From a virus (taxonomy: Duplodnaviria; Caudoviricetes), in the IMG/VR virus record IMGVR_UViG_3300032233_001607, positions 1 through 45,205 of that record: a DNA stretch of 45,205 bases; one strand, written 5' to 3'. Made by a program: the position numbers and the translations under genes. Each line of letters begins with the position of its first letter. Position 1 is the first letter of the stretch. This document shows, one piece after another, positions 39,095 through 44,922 of this stretch. The notes below the pieces were generated by a model. The model was given only the letters and a program-made list of their open reading frames with translations, did not search any database and was not told where the DNA came from.

Positions 39095-39496
39095 TTATCT
39101 AACAGATTGCAATATGAATTCTAATTGCTGAGGCGATGTTGTAATACCCTTAACTCGATAAACGATAATTACATTAAAACTATTGTTGTCATAGTCAGGT
39201 ATAGCCTCAACTGAGATTAAAGTTACTCTTGGTTCAAAATTTGTGATCGAATATTGAATTTCATCTCTAATTTTAAGTGCCGAAAATGAATCTATGTTCT
39301 CAAAAAGTGATTTACTAATTCTAGATCCAAAATCTGGGTTAAAAAATTTCTCTCCAGGAAGGGTAAAGACAATATTTCTTAAAGAACGAGCAATTGCAGT
39401 CTCGTTCTTAAGAGCAATTAGGTCATTATTCAGAGGATTTCTCTGAAATGACATACTTAGATCTTTAAATCCAGAATTTACCCTTTCTAGAGGCAT
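39095..39496 (-). CDS. gp25: Baseplate wedge protein gp25-like
   Basis: FKDLSMSF, T.PGEKFFNPDFGS..LFE, ITNFEPRV. Confidence 0.94.
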   Translation of the reverse strand: MPLERVNSGFKDLSMSFQRNPLNNDLIALKNETAIARSLRNIVFTLPGEKFFNPDFGSRISKSLFENIDSFSALKIRDEIQYSITNFEPRVTLISVEAIPDYDNNSFNVIIVYRVKGITTSPQQLEFILQSVR

Positions 39497-39525
39497 TAAA
39501 ATTGATGCAAGTAATAATTATAACT

Positions 39526-39533
39526 TATTTATT
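39526..39533 (-). promoter_or_regulatory. Late promoter-like AATAAATA upstream of gp25
   Basis: ATAAATA core 30 nt before ATG 39496. Confidence 0.65.
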
Positions 39534-39535
39534 CA

Positions 39536-39694
39536 CTAAAATTCGGTTAATGGAATTGGTTCTGTACCATATTCCCAATCATCATAGTCATCATCATTGC
39601 GAATTTTTTCATGAAGATCTTTTTGAACTTGAAAATCATGTTTTTTGGGTGTGAGATCGTCATTTGCAATCTCTCTAAGCATTTTACCTTCCAT
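39536..39694 (-). CDS. Small acidic peptide (52 aa)
   Basis: Not in track. MEGKMLREIANDDLTPKKHDFQVQKDLHEKIRNDDDYDDWEYGTEPIPLTEF*, with AGGAG SD just upstream. Confidence 0.8.
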   Translation of the reverse strand: MEGKMLREIANDDLTPKKHDFQVQKDLHEKIRNDDDYDDWEYGTEPIPLTEF

Positions 39695-40343
39695 TTTGCT
39701 CCTGATTTTGTAAATCAGAACTTTTTACGGGGTTGCTATCCCGTGAATCAATATAAAAACCCTTTCTTAAGTAGTCGTTATCTTCGACGAATACTAAGTT
39801 ATCTATATCTTTAACGTTATCTTCATTCCATACAGGAATTGCCACTGTATTTCCGTATCGAAAGTCTGGATTTCTACGAAAATGTACTTCAATTAAGTGA
39901 TTATCGATAAATTCACAATTAATCCATTCATAGTCACCACTTAAATCATTTAAAATAGAAGGAAACTCTACTTTATGATCTATCTTAGTCCATTGCTTCC
40001 ATTTATATAATGGATCTATATGATCTCTAGTACCCAATACAACTAATTTTGATTCTTTATTTTGAAAGTCAACACTTAGATGTTCTCCTTTAAAGATTTC
40101 ACACCAAAACTCTGCTGGATGTAGATGATCTGTACTTTTCTCAATCCATTCAATACGAGAAAATCGCCCCATACCAAGTAAGTTAATACATGGTCGAACG
40201 ATATAGTCTCCTGAATATGAAACAGGGCACCCTGTAGGTCCACAGAGATGCCCTAGACGTTGATTTAAAACCAACTTGTTATAAACCCATGTATCATTTA
40301 AATGTATAGATTTCCATTCCTCACAGCAATCTAAATGATACAT
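39684..40343 (-). CDS. ATP-grasp-fold-like protein (219 aa)
   Basis: YIVRP..NLLGMG (KP..G.G-like), FWCEIFKGEHLSVD (E...G.E.SVD-like), INCEFIDNHLIEVHFR (N.EF....IE.N.R-like). The fold call is inferred from motifs. Confidence 0.6.
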   Translation of the reverse strand: MYHLDCCEEWKSIHLNDTWVYNKLVLNQRLGHLCGPTGCPVSYSGDYIVRPCINLLGMGRFSRIEWIEKSTDHLHPAEFWCEIFKGEHLSVDFQNKESKLVVLGTRDHIDPLYKWKQWTKIDHKVEFPSILNDLSGDYEWINCEFIDNHLIEVHFRRNPDFRYGNTVAIPVWNEDNVKDIDNLVFVEDNDYLRKGFYIDSRDSNPVKSSDLQNQEQNGR

Positions 40344-40349
40344 AAGAAA

Positions 40350-40496
40350 TTAGTTACCTTGTCCTCTATAACGCTTCTTACGTCCATTACGAGACGTTGC
40401 CGAGAGTAAAGTACGAGATGAACGCCCTTGACGAGTCTTCTTAGGAACTCCTGCCACGAACATCGTCTTATTCATTGCATTACCACCTTTAGCCAT
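40350..40496 (-). CDS. Small very basic peptide (48 aa)
   Basis: Not in track. MAKGGNAMNKTMFVAGVPKKTRQGRSSRTLLSATSRNGRKKRYRGQGN*, with GAGG SD. Confidence 0.8.
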   Translation of the reverse strand: MAKGGNAMNKTMFVAGVPKKTRQGRSSRTLLSATSRNGRKKRYRGQGN

Positions 40497-40653
40497 TTAA
40501 AATTTCCTCAAGTTCAATAAAGTTAGGGTCAACATCTTCTCCTTCATAAAAACGTTCGGAGAAGTCTTGAAGAATCTCAGTACATTCTTCTGCACTGAGA
40601 TTCTTGTGAATCTTACGACCTTTATAAAGTATATCGTAGGATTTGTTAGTCAT
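40489..40653 (-). CDS. Hypothetical protein (54 aa)
   Basis: Not in track. MTNKSYDILYKGRKIHKNLSAEECTEILQDFSERFYEGEDVDPNFIELEEILNG*. TAATG-coupled to the upstream gene. Confidence 0.8.
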   Translation of the reverse strand: MTNKSYDILYKGRKIHKNLSAEECTEILQDFSERFYEGEDVDPNFIELEEILNG

Positions 40654-41420
40654 TAGATCACGCGAGTTTTTTCATGCCCCACACGAATCCGAGGATCGCA
40701 CCAGATTTCAAACCCTTCCTCTTTTGCATCGAGACAGAATGAAACGTCCTCACCACACATATCCTGAACTGCACCAGATTCAAAAACTTGCATCTTCGGA
40801 GCAAACCAAGGATATTCAAGATTTTCAAAAACACCCTTCTTAATCAGTACCCAACCAAACCCAGTGTAATCAACTGTGAAAGGCTTTCTGCGCTTTGCCA
40901 TTGACTCTGTGGTTTCGTGATTCATAACTCCACCATTGTTGCGGAAGTCATCTTCCTCTAACCAGTGTGCTACTGAAGTTGTGTGACCGTCTTCAGTTGC
41001 ATACCATCCTGCAACAATCTCCTTCTCATTTCCTTCTGCGTCAATTGACATATCGCACAATTGCCAGAATTGCTGACTGTTGAAGACAATATCCGAGTCA
41101 ATCCAAAGTTGATAATCATACTCCAGTTTACCATCCCAAGGAATTTGCTTGGGACCACGAAGTACATTTGCACCTAAACACTTACAACGTGCAAAGTTTA
41201 CCATCGATGAGTAATCTTGTGAGATCTGAATACTCATTCCATTCTGTACTAAGTCAAAGCATAATTGTACGAATGCTTTTAAAAATGTGAAAGAACATCC
41301 TCGACCTGGAAGACAAAATACAATTGACTTCCCTCGCATTCTTTCTCGAATTGCATCAATGTCCCATTCTTGTTCTTGAACCTTTGGTGCTGCAGCCTTA
41401 ACCGTAAATCCTTTTGCCAT
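40653..41420 (-). CDS. Glycosyltransferase GT-A (family 2-like)
   Basis: DxD motif LWIDSDIVF, TGFGWVLIKKGVFE, GEDVSFC, RVGHEK. Confidence 0.8.
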   Translation of the reverse strand: MAKGFTVKAAAPKVQEQEWDIDAIRERMRGKSIVFCLPGRGCSFTFLKAFVQLCFDLVQNGMSIQISQDYSSMVNFARCKCLGANVLRGPKQIPWDGKLEYDYQLWIDSDIVFNSQQFWQLCDMSIDAEGNEKEIVAGWYATEDGHTTSVAHWLEEDDFRNNGGVMNHETTESMAKRRKPFTVDYTGFGWVLIKKGVFENLEYPWFAPKMQVFESGAVQDMCGEDVSFCLDAKEEGFEIWCDPRIRVGHEKTRVI

Positions 41421-41456
41421 AAAGTTTAATCAACCTTCAGATCAATTTTATCAGTT

Positions 41457-41463
41457 TATTTAG
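41457..41463 (-). promoter_or_regulatory. Variant late promoter CTAAATA upstream of the glycosyltransferase
   Basis: TAAATA core in the intergenic gap. Confidence 0.45.
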
Positions 41464-41469
41464 AATTTG

Positions 41470-41679
41470 TCAATGAGAAGAGTTCGATGAAACAAATCGG
41501 TTAACCGTAACCTCTTCGAATGTTAACTCTTCTTTCTTGACAGTCACTTCGAGCAACTCAACCATTATGTGAATTGCTTCCCATAATTCGTCAAATTTTT
41601 CCTTTGAAAGACTATGATAAAGGCATTTATCCTTTGCGTAGATGTGATACAATTTATCAGACAAATCTGTAGAATCCAT
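41470..41679 (-). CDS. Hypothetical protein (69 aa)
   Basis: ATG 41679 MDSTDLSDKLYHIYAKDKCLYHSL... The track used an upstream TTG. Confidence 0.75.
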   Translation of the reverse strand: MDSTDLSDKLYHIYAKDKCLYHSLSKEKFDELWEAIHIMVELLEVTVKKEELTFEEVTVNRFVSSNSSH

Positions 41680-41723
41680 AGAGGGTCGCAAAAATTTTTT
41701 CAGAATTTTTTTTGACTCACATT

Positions 41724-41756
41724 AAAAAAGAGTCCCATTATATATGAGACTCTCTT
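41724..41756 (-). terminator. Intrinsic terminator-like hairpin
   Basis: Minus strand GAGAGUCUCAU-AUAUA-AUGGGACUCUU followed by a U-run. Confidence 0.65.
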
Positions 41757-41908
41757 AAGGTCTTTTTACCCTACGGAAATTTTTTTATATTGATATCTCT
41801 CTCGCTCTTTCAAAGGTTTGTAGGTTAGGGTAGTATGCGTTTTTTATAACCGCAACGCCCGCACGCCGCATAACGCCCCGACCGCAAAACACTGCCAAAA
41901 GGTGTCAT
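41724..41908 (-). ncRNA. Candidate ~185-nt small RNA (or leaderless 27-codon ORF 41825..41908)
   Basis: Bounded by a sigma70 promoter (41915-41943) and the terminator above. No long ORF. Confidence 0.4.
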
Positions 41909-41914
41909 ATACGC

Positions 41915-41943
41915 ATCATAACATATGTGCCCCTCACTGTCAA
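41915..41943 (-). promoter_or_regulatory. Sigma70-type promoter TTGACA-N17-TATGAT
   Basis: -35 at 41943-41938, -10 at 41920-41915, 17-nt spacer. Confidence 0.8.
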
Positions 41944-41967
41944 GCAAGGAGCACACAGTAAGCTACA

Positions 41968-42138
41968 TCAGAATGCCACTTCCCCCAGAGTAGAAATACC
42001 AAGAGCAGACTCAATCTGTGGCGACTCGATATAATCGAAACCACTCACATTATCAGAGACAATGGCATCCAGAATGCTCAAGATTTCATTGCCAGTGTTA
42101 CCTTGGGCGAGCAGGGAAAGAATCACAGACTTAGACAT
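41968..42138 (-). CDS. Hypothetical protein (56 aa)
   Basis: Not in track. MSKSVILSLLAQGNTGNEILSILDAIVSDNVSGFDYIESPQIESALGISTLGEVAF*. Confidence 0.8.
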   Translation of the reverse strand: MSKSVILSLLAQGNTGNEILSILDAIVSDNVSGFDYIESPQIESALGISTLGEVAF

Positions 42139-42169
42139 AATAACGAAGAAGAGAGTAGTGAACTGTGCT

Positions 42170-42211
42170 GGGAATGAGTATATTTTATGACCCCTTATTC
42201 CCGTTGGGTCA
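42170..42211 (-). other. Predicted H-type RNA pseudoknot in an intergenic gap
   Basis: S1 UGACCC/GGGUCA, S2 GGGAAU/AUUCCC, A-rich 12-nt loop 3. Confidence 0.55.
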
Positions 42212-42218
42212 GTGTTAC

Positions 42219-42380
42219 CTAGGCAGCGAGTAGAGTATTCTCCCGCCGATAGAAGTACAGTATCTCACCATACTCTACTGGTGCGGGTGCAGGAGTAGAC
42301 TGGGCGGGACGATTGATGGCATCAGAGCATTGCTTACAGATCTCTTCAAAAGAATAACGAGATTGAGGAATGTAACGCAT
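42219..42380 (-). CDS. Hypothetical protein (53 aa) ending in LLAA
   Basis: Not in track. MRYIPQSRYSFEEICKQCSDAINRPAQSTPAPAPVEYGEILYFYRRENTLLAA*. Confidence 0.7.
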   Translation of the reverse strand: MRYIPQSRYSFEEICKQCSDAINRPAQSTPAPAPVEYGEILYFYRRENTLLAA

Positions 42381-42414
42381 GAGTGTCAGTTAGTGATGAA
42401 CGAGTGAGTGATAC

Positions 42415-42606
42415 TTAGTAGGACTTTGTTACGGTGTTGATGTAACGCAGTCCCCAGGAGTAGGCATCATCGGGGTGCTTTAAAGTTTGCTGAACCGAGT
42501 ACTTATGACCCGACTCTGTTTCTCTTTGAAAGACCCACACATTCCACCGCCCCGACTTCGCTTGTTGCACGAAGAATGGGCGGGTCTCAGTGATAGGGAA
42601 GATCAT
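42415..42606 (-). CDS. Hypothetical protein (63 aa)
   Basis: ORF track. Lies directly downstream of repeat copy 1. Confidence 0.7.
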   Translation of the reverse strand: MIFPITETRPFFVQQAKSGRWNVWVFQRETESGHKYSVQQTLKHPDDAYSWGLRYINTVTKSY

Positions 42607-42627
42607 CAGTCTGAGAGGCGTGCTTAC

Positions 42628-42656
42628 ACTACTATGGCAATTTGAAGGCCCCAGGT
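42628..42656 (-). repeat. 29-bp gene-boundary repeat, copy 1
   Basis: ACTACTATGGCAATTTGAAGGCCCCAGGT on the plus strand. Confidence 0.95.
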
Positions 42657-42666
42657 AACTATCACT

Positions 42667-42840
42667 CTACCATGTGTCAGGTGTACTCAAGTCCTCAACA
42701 TACGCGGAAACTGACTCTGCGGGTTCCAACTGAAAGGTCTTCTCCCAGTCCATATTGTGCGGGTCGAAGTCACTGAGGACATCAAACTCTAACGTAACCC
42801 TATAACGCTGCTTCTGTGCTTGATGATACGCAACTGACAT
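42667..42840 (-). CDS. Hypothetical protein (57 aa)
   Basis: Not in track. MSVAYHQAQKQRYRVTLEFDVLSDFDPHNMDWEKTFQLEPAESVSAYVEDLSTPDTW*, with GGAG SD and a consensus promoter. Confidence 0.85.
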   Translation of the reverse strand: MSVAYHQAQKQRYRVTLEFDVLSDFDPHNMDWEKTFQLEPAESVSAYVEDLSTPDTW

Positions 42841-42868
42841 AAGTGTTCTCCGTTGGTGTTATCTGAGT

Positions 42869-42897
42869 ATTATAAGATGTCTGGGAATTATTGTCAA
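42869..42897 (-). promoter_or_regulatory. Perfect sigma70 consensus promoter TTGACA-N17-TATAAT
   Basis: -35 at 42897-42892, -10 at 42874-42869. Confidence 0.9.
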
Positions 42898-42909
42898 CGC
42901 TTCAGGGGA

Positions 42910-42917
42910 TATTTATC
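42910..42917 (-). promoter_or_regulatory. Late promoter-like GATAAATA just upstream of the sigma70 promoter
   Basis: ATAAATA core in a non-coding, moderately GC context. Confidence 0.4.
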
Positions 42918-42970
42918 AGCAGTCCTTATGTTTTTTTGAGGTCTGTGGGGATTTTGTAATAATCGCGGGG

Positions 42971-42999
42971 TTGACATTTGGGCGCGGTGATGATATAAT
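42971..42999 (+). promoter_or_regulatory. Perfect sigma70 promoter on the plus strand, TTGACA-N17-TATAAT with extended -10 (TGn)
   Basis: TTGACA at 42971-42976, TG at 42991-42992, TATAAT at 42994-42999. Confidence 0.9.
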
Positions 43000-43221
43000 G
43001 CACGCAAAGATCACAAGGTCCTGACACATTTAATTGACTCTAAATGCACCTCATCAACACTCTATCCTCACACATATTCTCATCAATATACCTTATTGAT
43101 TCTCATTAAGTGTTAACTATTGAGAACGATTGTAAACGCTCAGTTATATTTAAAAAGACATTTATAAATGATTTTTATATGTTTTTATTCCTTTTTAAGT
43201 ATAATTGAAGCTTCAAGACAT

Positions 43222-43250
43222 AAAAAAAGAGAGGATTTAGTCCTCTCTCT
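43222..43250 (-). terminator. Intrinsic terminator
   Basis: AGAGAGGA-loop-TCCTCTCT stem with a 7-U tail on the minus strand, downstream of the 114-aa gene. Confidence 0.8.
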
Positions 43251-43277
43251 ATGTTATGCTTAATGAGAATGATTAAC

Positions 43278-43622
43278 TCAGTTCAGTCTCATACCAGAGA
43301 AGAAAGGTACGCTCACAAAACCTTCACTATCTTCGGGTTTTACACCTTGAACTGTTCTTACAAACCATGTACCTTTCTTCTGAAAGACATGCTCTCCTTG
43401 AATACCATGAGCGCCAAGAATAGCATTAAGGCGACTCTTTGTGGTATTAGATTGATACCCACCATCGAACAACTGAATGAAGTTTTTGCCGATAGTTGCG
43501 ATCTGATTACCATACAGAAACACACGGGAGACATCACCTTCTGTAGTGACTTGAGTGTTATCCTTGCACCAATTCTTTTGATTGGTGATTGCTTGGTTCA
43601 TCAGAGATTCGATCTTACGCAT
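43278..43622 (-). CDS. Hypothetical protein (114 aa), cyanophage-type early family
   Basis: MRKIE..M..AI, VFLYGNQIA, DGGYQSNTTKSRLNAIL. Follows repeat copy 2 and ends at a terminator. Confidence 0.85.
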   Translation of the reverse strand: MRKIESLMNQAITNQKNWCKDNTQVTTEGDVSRVFLYGNQIATIGKNFIQLFDGGYQSNTTKSRLNAILGAHGIQGEHVFQKKGTWFVRTVQGVKPEDSEGFVSVPFFSGMRLN

Positions 43623-43650
43623 TTTGAAAGTTGAGTGAGTTGGGTGGTAT

Positions 43651-43679
43651 ACTACTATGGCAATTTAAAGGCCCCAGGT
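43651..43679 (-). repeat. 29-bp gene-boundary repeat, copy 2
   Basis: ACTACTATGGCAATTTAAAGGCCCCAGGT (one mismatch to copies 1 and 3). Confidence 0.95.
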
Positions 43680-43687
43680 TTCTATTA

Positions 43688-43876
43688 CTATGCACCTACT
43701 GATTGTAACAGTTTATCGCATTGATAGTATAATCCTGGTTTGACAACTTTTGCTTTTGTGACAACAAGATTTCGAGTAAGATTAGGGTGCCGATAGATTA
43801 GATGCTTGCCCGATGTACGATGGATTTTGCAACCACGAGACAGCAGCTCTTTCAGAAAATCATTATACTTAATCAT
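43688..43876 (-). CDS. hicA: HicA-family (mRNA interferase-like) protein, 62 aa
   Basis: MIKYNDFLKELLSRGCKIHRTSGKHLIYRHP...KPG matches the HicA pattern L...G....R..GSH....HP in size and basicity. ATG 43876 is coupled to the upstream stop. Confidence 0.7.
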   Translation of the reverse strand: MIKYNDFLKELLSRGCKIHRTSGKHLIYRHPNLTRNLVVTKAKVVKPGLYYQCDKLLQSVGA

Positions 43877-44003
43877 GAGAGATAAAGTCGGCAGAGGCAT
43901 GAAGAATGGATGCAGTTGTGAATCTAGCAGTAGGAGAAACTAGATTCGCAACAAGAACAATCAGGAGCAGAAGTTTCATGGACTTAAGATCTTTGGATCG
44001 CAT
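43869..44003 (-). CDS. Small hydrophobic peptide (44 aa)
   Basis: Not in track. MRSKDLKSMKLLLLIVLVANLVSPTARFTTASILHASADFISHD*. Overlaps both neighbours' start/stop. Confidence 0.7.
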   Translation of the reverse strand: MRSKDLKSMKLLLLIVLVANLVSPTARFTTASILHASADFISHD

Positions 44004-44239
44004 CAATCAAAGCGGGATGAAATATCAGGACCAGGGAACTCATAACGTTCTACTGCTGCTGCAATCTCATGTTCTTTGAATGCAAATTGAACGAAGTAAT
44101 TGTTATCATAGATGCTATACTGTGTAACCTCTACTGGTGCATAGTTTCCAGCATCATCCCAACTCCCACGTTGATGAGTTGAGGTGACAATACCATAGAC
44201 TTTGTTTGTATCTGGAGAGGTGAAAGTTGTTTGTGTCAT
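44003..44239 (-). CDS. Hypothetical protein (78 aa)
   Basis: ORF track. Its ATG directly abuts repeat copy 3. Confidence 0.75.
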   Translation of the reverse strand: MTQTTFTSPDTNKVYGIVTSTHQRGSWDDAGNYAPVEVTQYSIYDNNYFVQFAFKEHEIAAAVERYEFPGPDISSRFD

Positions 44240-44268
44240 ACTACTATGGCAATTTGAAGGCCCCAGGT
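44240..44268 (-). repeat. 29-bp gene-boundary repeat, copy 3
   Basis: ACTACTATGGCAATTTGAAGGCCCCAGGT, identical to copy 1. Confidence 0.95.
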
Positions 44269-44269
44269 T

Positions 44270-44461
44270 TCAGTAACTATCAACAAGGTTAATGATAAAC
44301 TTCCACTCGTAATCTCCATCTTCAGGATCTACTCCATCAACAACCCATTCACTATAAAGAGCTTTGGTTGTGATAAGATCATCTTGGGCGATGAAATAAT
44401 CACAACGACGAGCAAATGTATCAGACAGACAGTTAATCAGGAATTGCTTAGTAGATGTCAT
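44270..44461 (-). CDS. Hypothetical protein (63 aa)
   Basis: ORF track. Part of a tightly packed co-directional run. Confidence 0.75.
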   Translation of the reverse strand: MTSTKQFLINCLSDTFARRCDYFIAQDDLITTKALYSEWVVDGVDPEDGDYEWKFIINLVDSY

Positions 44462-44473
44462 TTTGTCTGTTAA

Positions 44474-44710
44474 TCAGTGAGTGTTAGGAACTTGAACGAA
44501 ATCGAGAGAACAGACACACCAACCAGTGTAATCTGTCACCTCTTCAACTAATGCCATAGCAACAGTTTCCTCATCAACATCATCATCAAACTCAAACTCA
44601 AAAGTACCACCAAGAACAGAATCTATCACAGATTGTTGTTCTTCTACGGTGAAATCTAAATCATCAAAATCAAACTGAACTTCGGTAAGTTGTAGAGTGG
44701 TAAGTGTCAT
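44474..44710 (-). CDS. Hypothetical acidic protein (78 aa)
   Basis: ORF track. FDFDD...LVEEVTDYTGWCV. ATGA overlap with the upstream gene. Confidence 0.8.
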   Translation of the reverse strand: MTLTTLQLTEVQFDFDDLDFTVEEQQSVIDSVLGGTFEFEFDDDVDEETVAMALVEEVTDYTGWCVCSLDFVQVPNTH

Positions 44711-44916
44711 TTTGCAATCTCCAACAAATCAACAACAAGTTCATCACCATAAAGTTCCTTAATCTCACCTACAATTTCGTCTTCGGAATAAGTTTTGTAC
44801 TCTCTTACAAGTAAATCAAAGACCATTTGTTCCAGAGATTCTACATCCAATCCATCTACGATGTGTGAGGCATAGTTCTCAACGAGTTTGGAAAGTTGTT
44901 CGGTAGTGAGTGTCAT
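44707..44916 (-). CDS. Hypothetical acidic protein (69 aa)
   Basis: ORF track. YASHIVDGLD...EIKELYG. Confidence 0.8.
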   Translation of the reverse strand: MTLTTEQLSKLVENYASHIVDGLDVESLEQMVFDLLVREYKTYSEDEIVGEIKELYGDELVVDLLEIAK

Positions 44917-44922
44917 TTTGAT

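Noticed and set aside
39536-39600. Microviridin-like core (DWEY) in the 52-aa peptide
   Set aside because: It lacks the TxKYPSD core and PFFARFL leader, so the resemblance is superficial.
1734-41173. Numerous short plus-strand and out-of-frame minus-strand ORFs inside gp20, gp19, gp18, gp17, gp14, gp8, gp7, gp6, the 2806-aa gene and the GT gene
   Set aside because: They are nested in well-supported genes, with no RBS/promoter support or recognisable motifs.
42165-42215. Pistol ribozyme or type III antitoxin repeat
   Set aside because: The loop is too long and P2/P3 elements are missing for pistol. It is a single copy with no ToxN-like gene.
42140-42400. tmRNA (LAA-stop followed by a pseudoknot)
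   Set aside because: I found no tRNA-like GGGGC 5' end, T-arm or CCA 3' end on the minus strand, and the frame has a normal ATG.
42628-42656. GG-N10-GC (GGCCTTCAAATTGC) in the repeat as a sigma54 promoter
   Set aside because: The spacing fits, but the -24 box is a poor match to TGGCAC and cyanobacteria lack RpoN. Worth revisiting only if the host is not a cyanobacterium.
43251-43634. Plus-strand 127-aa ORF downstream of the plus-strand promoter
   Set aside because: It overlaps the better-supported 114-aa minus-strand gene and begins beyond the hairpin with no SD.
42628-44268. 29-bp repeats as a CRISPR array
   Set aside because: Copies are 1023 and 589 bp apart with whole genes between them, and there are no cas genes.
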